Below, in pieces: positions 8,359-16,169 of a stretch of 32,000 bases of DNA (position 1 is its first letter; each line of letters opens with the position of its first letter). A program made the position numbers and the translations under genes. Source of the stretch: Nitrososphaera viennensis EN76 (GTDB taxonomy: Archaea > Thermoproteota > Nitrososphaeria > Nitrososphaerales > Nitrososphaeraceae); assembly GCF_000698785.1 (NCBI RefSeq), contig NZ_CP007536.1, positions 1,680,001 to 1,712,000 on the forward strand. The letters are read 5' to 3'. Below the pieces are notes generated by a model. It worked only from the letters and a program-made list of their open reading frames with translations. It was not told where the DNA came from and made no database searches.

Positions 8359-8508
8359 ATGATCAGGCATATGCAAGCAATAAAGAAAGAAAGGCCGGGG
8401 AGCTTTGAGTGCAAAATATGTCATTTGCAATTTGCAAACGAGATGTACCTGGAAAGTCACATGATGATTGAGCATGAGAAGCACATGGCACCGTCAGGCG
8501 TCCACTAG
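8359..8508 (+). CDS. Single classical C2H2 zinc-finger microprotein, 49 aa (below the track cutoff)
   Basis: My translation is MIRHMQAIKKERPGSFECKICHLQFANEMYLESHMMIEHEKHMAPSGVH. The segment FECKICHLQFANEMYLESHMMIEH fits F-x-C-x2-C-x3-F-x5-L-x2-H-x4-H exactly. Confidence 0.55.
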   Translation: MIRHMQAIKKERPGSFECKICHLQFANEMYLESHMMIEHEKHMAPSGVH

Positions 8509-8961
8509 GACCCTTTGACGTCTTCTTTATTTTGATCGTGCAAAAAGAGATCTCTGGAAAACTTTCAGCGGATTCTGGAGATCACTAGATTCTATGAGAT
8601 TAATGTACACAATTACATCATCGCCATCATATTTCTATTCTTTGGAAATAATATCACCTGCCGACCCAGCTTGTTTGACACAAGTGAGGTTGAGTAACAT
8701 TGTTAAGCATTCGTTACGTCTATCATTGTGGAATATCAAGATGTGATTGAAGATGACCAGACTCGACCGTAAACTTGGCGGAAACTCGAGAATATCCAGA
8801 AGGGATTTTCTAAAATTGATGGTAGCAGTGGGCACGGTTTTCACGTTTGCGCCGTTTGTAGACTGGGGCAAGTTCCTTCCCAACCCTCAGACAAATGTAT
8901 CCGCAAAGGCCAAGGCAGAACTTCCAGACGGCTCGCAGGCCAATGTTAATACTTTTCCTGC

Positions 8962-8969
8962 GAATTCTT
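8962..8969. repeat. Left copy of the 8-bp target-site duplication GAATTCTT
   Basis: Identical octamer directly abutting both IS ends. Confidence 0.9.
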
Positions 8970-8985
8970 GGCTCCGTTAACTTAG
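8970..8985. repeat. IS terminal inverted repeat (left), GGCTCCGTTAACTTAG
   Basis: Matches the reverse complement of 9659..9674 (GGCTCTGTTAACTTAG) at 15 of 16 positions. The transposase stop codon (8982-8984) lies inside it. Confidence 0.9.
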
Positions 8986-9617
8986 CCACCATCCTTGGCC
9001 AGGAATGTCATAAACCGTATCATGTCTGCGCCCATATGCAGGTACAGTAAAAATAATTTGAACCAGTTCCAGACATGCTGTCTGTCACAATTCTCCTTCC
9101 TGCATGGAAAGTGGTCGTCAAAACACTCCGTCCTGTCCTTGATATGCTGTATAAACCGCTCCATCAAATTCTTCAATTCTGTACCGTACACATAATGGCG
9201 TAATCTGAGCCACCTGCAAGCATCATTGTACCACTGAGCACCGTCTGTGAATATCGGCCTCCTTCCATACCTCCTTTGCAACTGCTTGAAGAACTGGTAA
9301 CATACGAAAATGGTCCTCTCACGAGACAGATGCATCATCAAGCATGTGCCAATAGTTGGTTCGTACGCTATCCATAGCCAATAGTCATGCCCATCTATCT
9401 GCAATAGTGTTTCGTCAACAAATATTGCCCTGACAAGGCGTCTGTCTGTCCGGAACCTGTCTGCAAGGCTGGAATATTTCTGTACCCATTTCCATACAGC
9501 AACGTGGCTCCTTCTCTTTATTGGTGATAGCGATCTGGCTGCCAGCCGAAAGCTCCTAGAATTAAAATACAGGTACAGTGCATATCTGATTATAGCTGGG
9601 TCTGTCCTCTTTCTCAT
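8982..9617 (-). CDS. DDE transposase, IS6/IS240-like, 211 aa
   Basis: Candidate DDE triad: IFVDETLLQIDG (D), RPIFTDGAQWY (D), NLMERFIQHIKDR (E with K at +7). The layout resembles the IS26/IS240 VDETYIK...TD...E pattern. ATG start (cat at 9615-9617). Confidence 0.9.
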   Translation of the reverse strand: MRKRTDPAIIRYALYLYFNSRSFRLAARSLSPIKRRSHVAVWKWVQKYSSLADRFRTDRRLVRAIFVDETLLQIDGHDYWLWIAYEPTIGTCLMMHLSRERTIFVCYQFFKQLQRRYGRRPIFTDGAQWYNDACRWLRLRHYVYGTELKNLMERFIQHIKDRTECFDDHFPCRKENCDRQHVWNWFKLFLLYLHMGADMIRFMTFLAKDGG

Positions 9618-9658
9618 GCCAATGAAAAGCTAGGACAGTCCTAGCTATACAGATTACC

Positions 9659-9674
9659 CTAAGTTAACAGAGCC
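9659..9674. repeat. IS terminal inverted repeat (right), CTAAGTTAACAGAGCC
   Basis: Reverse complement matches 8970..8985 at 15 of 16 positions. Confidence 0.9.
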
Positions 9675-9682
9675 GAATTCTT
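9675..9682. repeat. Right copy of the 8-bp target-site duplication GAATTCTT
   Basis: Identical to 8962..8969. Confidence 0.9.
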
Positions 9683-10192
9683 CGCAAGTAGTGATATATC
9701 CAAAGACCAATGATGAAGTGCTCAATCAAGAAGCGTTCCGCACGTGGCAGTTCATAAGGCTGCCAGAAGAACTTGGAGGCACCAAGAATGACGTTTCGGC
9801 ATTTCGAATGTACAGCTCTGTCTGCCTCCACCTCTGGTGCCTCTGGAAGTACTTTCCAGACACAGGCCGCAAGAGGGGAGAATGCCCATGTCATGGCAGC
9901 ATGTACGACCCGATGACGGGCAAGGCATTTGCAGGGCCGGCGTCACTGCAGGCTCCGCCAGCAAACGTACTCCCTGAACTAGATCTGGAAGCAGATGAGA
10001 GAGGAGATATCTGGATAAGACCTCCAAACTGGAGTGTAAATGGAAATGGAATAGTCGGATATGGAAGATTTCTCAAGAATGCCTGATGTTGCAGCTACAA
10101 GATCCCAGAAAATTGAAATTTGTGAACGGCGGGTTTATGGATAGAAGCGCAGAACCTTTTCTAGATGTCTGAATTTTACTCTCGCGATATCT

Positions 10193-10447
10193 TCACTTGA
10201 GACGCTCTTCTTTTGCTTCCTTTGCAAGCGCCTCTCTCAGCATCTGTACGTGCCTCTCTTTGTCGTGCTTCATTGTATTCCATACGTCAACAAGATCGGA
10301 GCGATTTTCCTTGTTAGCGTCGTCGATGTACTTGTCAACAGTAGAATAGAGAAAATCTGCATCCTTTTCAAGCGCTCTTATTATATCATATGTTGAGTTT
10401 GTCAGTTTGGTAGTTTCATGCTTGGTAGTAGACATTCTGGTTGTCAT
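10193..10447 (-). CDS. Hypothetical helical protein, 84 aa
   Basis: ATG start (cat at 10445-10447). Charged helical sequence (IIRALEKDADFLYSTVDKYIDDANKENRSDLVDVWNTMKHDKERHVQMLREAL). No domain assigned. Confidence 0.6.
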   Translation of the reverse strand: MTTRMSTTKHETTKLTNSTYDIIRALEKDADFLYSTVDKYIDDANKENRSDLVDVWNTMKHDKERHVQMLREALAKEAKEERLK

Positions 10448-10534
10448 GTCCCTATTATGGAAATTATAATCTAAAACAGTTAAGGAAGTAGAATTTTCGA
10501 TTATCTTTAAGGTTCAGAGTGCCTTCATTATGGT

Positions 10535-11053
10535 ATGAGAAAAGCGCAACGGAATGGACTTGATTCCAATGATACAATTACCTGTCCATACCATGTTGAC
10601 TTTGAGTGCACGCCAGCCCCCGCAGAGTCGCTCAATTCACTTGAATCAGGAAGGTTAATGCTGACGGTAAAGCTGCAGAGCAGCGACGACGACAAGAACA
10701 AGAAGAAAAAAGAAGAAAAAGAGGTCAGGGCGGTTGTCGTGAAGCTGGTCAACAAGGCGAAACAGGAGAACCTCGGCAATGTGGAAGGATCCAGTGAACT
10801 AAAACACAAGACCTCACTCTCGGCCAATCTTGCACGTGATAACCAGCATCCGGGCTGGTGGGCAGGAGTGATTGGAATTCCTATCACTTGGATGGAAGGA
10901 GGAACCACTGATTACGAGAGGTCGGGATCGTGGCATCCAAAGAGTAAGGGGAACGTGTTTGCGATGGAGATCACGTACACGCTAGACAACGGAAGCAATT
11001 GTACTGCCCATTTTGATTCAGAAGACGTATACCATTGGGCAGCAGCGTGCTAG
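10535..11053 (+). CDS. Hypothetical protein, 172 aa
   Basis: ATG ORF with a Lys/Glu/Asp-rich linker and a Trp/Gly-rich C-terminal half (HPGWWAGVIGIPITWMEGG). Start choice uncertain. No domain recognised. Confidence 0.55.
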   Translation: MRKAQRNGLDSNDTITCPYHVDFECTPAPAESLNSLESGRLMLTVKLQSSDDDKNKKKKEEKEVRAVVVKLVNKAKQENLGNVEGSSELKHKTSLSANLARDNQHPGWWAGVIGIPITWMEGGTTDYERSGSWHPKSKGNVFAMEITYTLDNGSNCTAHFDSEDVYHWAAAC

Positions 11054-11069
11054 GCAGCGCGCGTATGTG

Positions 11070-11078
11070 TTTTTATTT
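11070..11078 (+). terminator. T-rich tract (tttttattt) 17 nt after the stop of 10535..11053
   Basis: Archaeal termination commonly uses oligo-T tracts. Position and strand fit. Confidence 0.35.
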
Positions 11079-11399
11079 GTATATGTTATACACTGTATTT
11101 GCTTGAAAAGCGTACTTCTATTTTTCTTCCTGAAAGAAGCGCAATTTTCTTGTTTTATATATGCACAAAACAGGTACATTCATTGACTTGGAGTCAAGGA
11201 GCCGGACAATGAGGGGCAAGCCAGGCTGCTAAAGGACGTGGCTGAAACCGTCATGTTAAAGATGAAAGTGTCAGAGTGCTAGTAAAAAATGACTGGCACT
11301 GCGATTGTCAGGGCCGCAGGCACATTTTTCCTTTGTAATCGCCAACAACCTGCATGTCCAGTGTCAAGTGCTCTGACTGAAGAAAAGGAAGGCTCCGTA

Positions 11400-11798
11400 T
11401 CAGCAGCTATTTTTGTAATACTTTTTGTCTATGTCATTGAGCAATTCCTTTACCTTCTCGGGATCCTCTGTGAACTCTTTTAGACTCTTGGCCAGCAAGT
11501 CAATCTTTGCTTCAATCCTGTCGGTCGATTCCTTTGATTGAGGGGATCCAACGTACAATAGAAATGAAAGGCCCGCAACCTGCCATATCAGCTGCAAGAA
11601 TTCAGATTGCCAATTTTCCATCGTGTCGCGCATGGTCTGGTTAATGTAGCCGCTTGTCTCTATAGGCTGGTTGTGATCCTGCTGCTCCTGGACGTATGCA
11701 AACCAGGCAAACGTCCAGTGAATGGCTAGACTGACAAGGAAAAAGCCGAGCGTGACCCACAAGTACCCTCGCTTGCTCGTTTTTAGAATGCCTAACAT
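11400..11798 (-). CDS. Conserved membrane protein with the NWQSEFLQ...GSPxSKE motif, 132 aa
   Basis: An N-terminal TM helix is followed by MENWQSEFLQLIWQVAGLSFLLYVGSPQSKES. I recall this as the signature of a widespread DUF (I believe DUF6766, number uncertain). A TATA-like cattatattt lies about 25-30 nt upstream. Confidence 0.75.
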   Translation of the reverse strand: MLGILKTSKRGYLWVTLGFFLVSLAIHWTFAWFAYVQEQQDHNQPIETSGYINQTMRDTMENWQSEFLQLIWQVAGLSFLLYVGSPQSKESTDRIEAKIDLLAKSLKEFTEDPEKVKELLNDIDKKYYKNSC

Positions 11799-11891
11799 AG
11801 ATTAGTTATGCAATTCCAAATATAATGAGTCGCGTAACTGCTTATCTTTGAAAACTGACAGGCGGTGGATTTCTGGCAAGCTTTTGGCGTC

Positions 11892-12062
11892 TTAGCCTCT
11901 TGTCTCAATATCAGGATGAGTCTCGTCCTGCCAGCATTGCAGGCAGAAATCCCCGGTCACTTGAAAGACCTCGGCAACTTGTTTTCCACATTTTTGACAC
12001 ATGATATCGGAAGAGTCTGGTGGCGCTGACTCCTTGGCAACCAGATCTTCTAAATCATTCAT
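11892..12062 (-). CDS. Zinc-ribbon microprotein, 56 aa (below the track cutoff)
   Basis: My translation is MNDLEDLVAKESAPPDSSDIMCQKCGKQVAEVFQVTGDFCLQCWQDETHPDIETRG, with a CxxC...CxxC pattern. Confidence 0.45.
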   Translation of the reverse strand: MNDLEDLVAKESAPPDSSDIMCQKCGKQVAEVFQVTGDFCLQCWQDETHPDIETRG

Positions 12063-12130
12063 ACTGAATTATTGTCAGGTACATGCTAGTTAAGGCAGCA
12101 AGCACCTTGAGGAGAGGGGGAGGTGCGCAT

Positions 12131-12170
12131 ATGTTACAATATGTTAAAACATGTTAAACTATGTGATCAA
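12131..12170. repeat. Four tandem 10-bp repeats: ATGTTACAAT ATGTTAAAAC ATGTTAAACT ATGTGATCAA
   Basis: Read directly from the sequence. The period is exactly 10 bp and the A-tracts are in phase. Confidence 0.9.
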
Positions 12171-12563
12171 TGGTTTGATCGCAGGATCTGGCAGAACAGC
12201 AACTCGGAGATAGCCTTTGGTTCATAACGGCGGCCCACGGTTTGCATCATGCAGCATATGTACGTCAAACTCGGAATAGCAATTCAGGACAATGCCGTTT
12301 ACTGTCTTTTCAAACTTGCAGTTTTTGCAGCCAATCAATAACACCTGCCTTAACTTCGTTGACTAGAACTAGGATGAGTGCATTATTTTATGTTGCAGGA
12401 TTATTGGCGGCACGGCAGGAAATGAAAGTAGCTTAGTTTGGATTTCAAGGTATGCAAAGAAGCGTCAGATCGTCTATGATGGATAAACTGTTCTTTTACT
12501 GATAGGCAGCTACCAGTATGCTGCTCCTTCCATGCTTATAGGCGATACGGTGCTTTACTGCTC

Positions 12564-13466
12564 ATGTTCGAATTCGGGTACAGTAGTGCAGTTCTTGCTG
12601 CAGCAATTCTTCTTGCAGCAGCATTATCTGCAGGAACACCAGTCCAGAACGCACTCTCGCAGACAAATACTACCACCACCACCGCATTCAACCCCCAGCC
12701 GGGTTACAGCCAAGCAAGAGAAGACCCCTCGTTTGCAGTCAGAATCCCGTTTACGGATCTGGGATTTACATCATTCCAGCCGACGACGATTTCAATACCA
12801 ACCGGCATGACCGTCATATGGTTCAACGATGACCAGTCGGAACACTCTGTTACCGTGGACGCAGGCTCCTCCGACATCCCGCAAGGAGCAGAGTTTGACT
12901 CGGACATGATAGCGCCCGGGGGCTTTTTCACGCACACGTTTACTGCGCCGGGAACCTACGATTACCACGATAGTGCAGACCCCGAGGCAAAGGGCAGGAT
13001 CATCGTGGGCAGCGAGTTTGAAGAGGGAAGCAACATGGACATGCTAATTGGCGGAAACGCACTGCCGTTTAATTCGAGCAAGCTGTCAAGGGTGACGCTG
13101 TCATTTGTGCCGCATGAAAGCGCGGCCGTGATCCCGCCAGATTTAAGCATCACGTACAACGTGACTATAGCAGATTCAGCGTCAACCCTGTACAGCAACC
13201 AGTTTGAAGATTCAGACGGCATACTGGACCTTGAGCTTGTGCCCTCCGCAGCAGCAACAAACAACACCGGACAATTTGTCACTTGGGGGCCTGACCTGAC
13301 GGACAACGAAGGAGTGGCAAGTGACGGCGCGTACCACGTCCAGGGCCCTGTGCTGGTAAACAATGATGCATACACGATCCAGGTTTCGATAGTTGCGGAA
13401 AACGGAAACGACCTGCCTGCTCCAATCTCTGACACATTCGTGCTGCCTCCGGTTGAAGTGCAATGA
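12564..13466 (+). CDS. Secreted cupredoxin-fold protein with a degenerate copper site, 300 aa
   Basis: It has a signal peptide (AVLAAAILLAAALSAGT). The cupredoxin pattern ISIPTGMTVIWFNDDQSEHSVTV...GTYDYHDSADPEAKGRIIVG aligns to GxYxYxCxxHPxMxGxIxV with Cys, His and Met replaced by Asp, Asp and Ala. Confidence 0.8.
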   Translation: MFEFGYSSAVLAAAILLAAALSAGTPVQNALSQTNTTTTTAFNPQPGYSQAREDPSFAVRIPFTDLGFTSFQPTTISIPTGMTVIWFNDDQSEHSVTVDAGSSDIPQGAEFDSDMIAPGGFFTHTFTAPGTYDYHDSADPEAKGRIIVGSEFEEGSNMDMLIGGNALPFNSSKLSRVTLSFVPHESAAVIPPDLSITYNVTIADSASTLYSNQFEDSDGILDLELVPSAAATNNTGQFVTWGPDLTDNEGVASDGAYHVQGPVLVNNDAYTIQVSIVAENGNDLPAPISDTFVLPPVEVQ

Positions 13467-13676
13467 TGACAAACAACGAATGAACGAACGAAGAAACAGC
13501 AGTAGTGCAGAACCCATTGAGAACTTATCTGGCATAGGTTCTCCGGATAGAGAAGGAGATGCTGCTGAGACAGCTCGGCCTGCTCAGCAGAGCACCACAA
13601 AGCTCAAGGGCGGGCCGGCGCTGCTGATCTCACGGCAGTAGCGGCATGCACGTATGTGTGTATGTGCAAAACGCCT

Positions 13677-14099
13677 CTATAGTTGCATGTTTTTCCCATC
13701 CTTTAGATAGTACAGCGTCCTCTTGCCTACCTGCTTCTTTGCAACGTTCTGCTGGCCCTCCACCATCTTTCTTATCATAGGCAGGTAGTTCGGAACGTAG
13801 GATACGCCGTCCAGAAGGGCGGAGAGGGTTTTTGGCGTGCCAGACAGCTTTTTGTCCACGTTATCAAGGATCTCTTTCTTTTTCTTGTCGCTCATGTGGT
13901 ATACTGTTGCTACTTTTGTTACTTTTGCAAGCGCCTTTACTTTTCGCTTGGCCTTTAGCTTTGCCTGGAATTCCCTGCCTTTTTCCCTTATAGCGGCATC
14001 CAGCTGCCGTTTGATATCTTCGATCTCGTCCGGACCAAAAGTTATTTTCTGCCCGTCTTTTTCAATTTCTATATAGACAGACTTTGTTACCTTGACCAT
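13677..14099 (-). CDS. Hypothetical protein, 140 aa, Lys-rich centre and possible C-terminal winged helix
   Basis: I prefer ATG 14099 (MVKVTKSVYIE...) to the track TTG at 14108. It lies downstream of, and on the same strand as, the 587-aa orphan. Confidence 0.65.
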   Translation of the reverse strand: MVKVTKSVYIEIEKDGQKITFGPDEIEDIKRQLDAAIREKGREFQAKLKAKRKVKALAKVTKVATVYHMSDKKKKEILDNVDKKLSGTPKTLSALLDGVSYVPNYLPMIRKMVEGQQNVAKKQVGKRTLYYLKDGKNMQL

Positions 14100-14284
14100 G
14101 ACTAACAAAAGCTTGTCAAAAATCGCTATAAAAATAGGCTGACTGAATATCTATATGATATCGAAGATATTTGCCACATTCCTATATATGCACGTGGCTC
14201 AGGCCGTCCGCATGCACACATTGTTTGTGCAAGTTTCTGAGAGAGATATACGGTGCGCGGTCATATATACCAGTTCGACATGCG

Positions 14285-16048
14285 CTAGGCAAAGACGATA
14301 TTCCATATAGTCTTGCCATGAGACGTTTCTCCCAGCTGCGACCTAAGGTCATCGAGCCTGACGGCAAATTCTTTTCTTTGTCCTCCTTCCAACTCTTGTC
14401 GCAGTATCAATTCTTCTTTCACAGGCGTTTTTTCTTTCAGCTTCTCAACCACGGGGCCAAATGATCTGGCCAGCGCTTCAAGAAGATCGAAAAGGAGATG
14501 ATAGTCAATTAACACCAGAGCAGATGTAGCAGTAGCAGCAGCGCCGGAGCTGGCCATCGCCGCGTCACTGGCGTCACGCCTTGACATAGATATTGCCTCC
14601 TTTTCATCCACTGTAAGCAACTTTAATTTGCCTTTCAAGGCAAGTATGCCAGGATCCCGCAAAATCTGCATCCTGGCCAATACTTCCGTGCCAAACATCG
14701 CTAGCTTGCGCAAGTCCGTTGCCTGTTCAATCTCTTTTATTTGAAGCAGATCCGTTTCTTCCATGGTAGCTTGCCCTCCTCTTCCTCTTTCCCTGTTGTC
14801 CGTGTAGTGTATTGTCGGGTGGGTTGTTGCCGGAAGAGTAGAATTTGCAGAAGGAGAAGAAGAAGTGTGCGTCGAGCCCGGCAAACTTGTTACGTCAAAG
14901 ACGATGGAAAAAAACTCGCCCTTATCCCCTCCTCCTGCCGGCCTACCAGCAACGGCGGCAGTGGCAGCTATGTCTGATGCCAGCCGCACTTCGAGGGTTT
15001 TTTCGCCCCGCAAAGCCACTGAGGATATGTAAAAGTCGTCCGCCTTTGTAAAATGCGGCTCCTTGGCAGGCTCCTCCTTTCTGGAGGAAAGCCTGAAGGT
15101 ACTCTTGACTTTTTCCGACATGGGAAGCTTCATGCCGACAGGAAGCATCAATTCCTTTATTCCAAGATCAAAGACCTTCTTGCGATAGTTCCAGAACTCT
15201 ACGCCGGTGGCCTCGAACTCAAAGACGTACGAGAATCGCGTTGGTGGCGTTGTTGCTGCTGCCGCTGCTGCCTTTTCACCGCCGCCTTTCTTCTCTTCTT
15301 TTTTGTTCGTGACAGCGGCGGCGGAGGTAGTTGCTATCTCTGTCGATGCGGTGCGAATAACCCTGTAAGTGTTATTGCTGGTCGCAGGATCGACGTGCGC
15401 CGCCAGCTCAACTGAGAGGTTTGCAAGGACTGGTCGCGTGAAATTGCGATTCTCATCGGACAGCCAGCCCTGCACGGCATTGACTGCGGCGATGCGATTT
15501 GTGTTTATTATTGAGATTATGTTCTCTTTGTGTTTCTCTTGCTGCTGTAAAGAGCCTGTCTCAACGTCAGTCAACATCTTGGCAAGCGAAGCTTTTGCGT
15601 CGGTCAGGAAGGTATTGCCGCCGGCAGACTGCAAACCTGCGACGGACGCAAAGACATCAGAATTTCTTTCATAGAACCTGTCTATCGTGTCTGTGGCTGT
15701 CGCCCGGGTATTCCTTATGGCCGAGACGATTTCTTCCCGCAACAGCTCTGAATCATGCATCAGGGATATACATTTCACGTCTACTTCGTGACGCTGTATC
15801 ACCTGCGCAGCTAGCGACACAAAATTCTTTAGCATCTCGATAAGGTTTCGGTCGTCTTCCAGTGGCGAATAATCTGCATATAGAAAATGTGCTTGTGAGG
15901 CGCGACGGCCGCCGGTGGTACTACTACTATTATTATTATGATGATAACCTTCGATGCCACCCTTGTCGTCCTCATTATCGCTGCTGTGATAATCATCACT
16001 GCCAGCAGTTCCATGCTTGCCGCCGCTACTACTGCTATCCCCTGTCAT
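14285..16048 (-). CDS. Large orphan protein, 587 aa, with low-complexity N-terminus and linkers
   Basis: Long ATG ORF (cat at 16046-16048). A disordered His/Asn/Ser/Gly-rich N-terminus is followed by helical segments and Ala/Thr/Gly-rich linkers. No signal peptide, TM helix or catalytic motif recognised. Confidence 0.75.
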   Translation of the reverse strand: MTGDSSSSGGKHGTAGSDDYHSSDNEDDKGGIEGYHHNNNSSSTTGGRRASQAHFLYADYSPLEDDRNLIEMLKNFVSLAAQVIQRHEVDVKCISLMHDSELLREEIVSAIRNTRATATDTIDRFYERNSDVFASVAGLQSAGGNTFLTDAKASLAKMLTDVETGSLQQQEKHKENIISIINTNRIAAVNAVQGWLSDENRNFTRPVLANLSVELAAHVDPATSNNTYRVIRTASTEIATTSAAAVTNKKEEKKGGGEKAAAAAATTPPTRFSYVFEFEATGVEFWNYRKKVFDLGIKELMLPVGMKLPMSEKVKSTFRLSSRKEEPAKEPHFTKADDFYISSVALRGEKTLEVRLASDIAATAAVAGRPAGGGDKGEFFSIVFDVTSLPGSTHTSSSPSANSTLPATTHPTIHYTDNRERGRGGQATMEETDLLQIKEIEQATDLRKLAMFGTEVLARMQILRDPGILALKGKLKLLTVDEKEAISMSRRDASDAAMASSGAAATATSALVLIDYHLLFDLLEALARSFGPVVEKLKEKTPVKEELILRQELEGGQRKEFAVRLDDLRSQLGETSHGKTIWNIVFA

Positions 16049-16169
16049 AAAGAATTATTTTTTACAGAGTATTTACACATTCGTCTTAGCCGCGGCTGTT
16101 TTTATGCATCAAATTGCATAATTTGCGTTTGATATGTGATTTTTGCAGGTCAGCAATTCAAGACGAGAA

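Larger units (their letters stand above)
8970..9674 (-). mobile_element. IS6-family-like insertion sequence, 705 bp
   Basis: It has 16-bp terminal inverted repeats, an 8-bp TSD, a single DDE transposase ORF, and a size typical of the IS6 family. Confidence 0.9.
8753..10086 (+). pseudogene. Tat-exported Rieske [2Fe-2S] protein gene interrupted by an IS element (fragments 8753..8969 and 9683..10086)
   Basis: The N-terminal fragment has the twin-arginine signal ISRRDFLKLMVAVG. The C-terminal fragment has the cluster ligands CLHLWC and CPCHGS. The two fragments join in frame once 8970..9682 is removed (...FPANS|SQVVIYPK...), giving 206 aa. Confidence 0.85.

Noticed and set aside
7875-8414. 179-aa and 117-aa minus-strand ORFs opposite the M50/CBS gene
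   Set aside because: These are antisense shadows of a gene with clear motifs. The sequences are low-complexity and Cys/His/Pro-rich.
12242-12436. 64-aa + ORF, and a minus-strand GTG/TTG ORF of about 40 aa containing CKNC, in the gap before the cupredoxin-like gene
   Set aside because: There is no ATG start for the minus ORF, no promoter-like element, and no family resemblance. It is likely noise in a long intergenic region.
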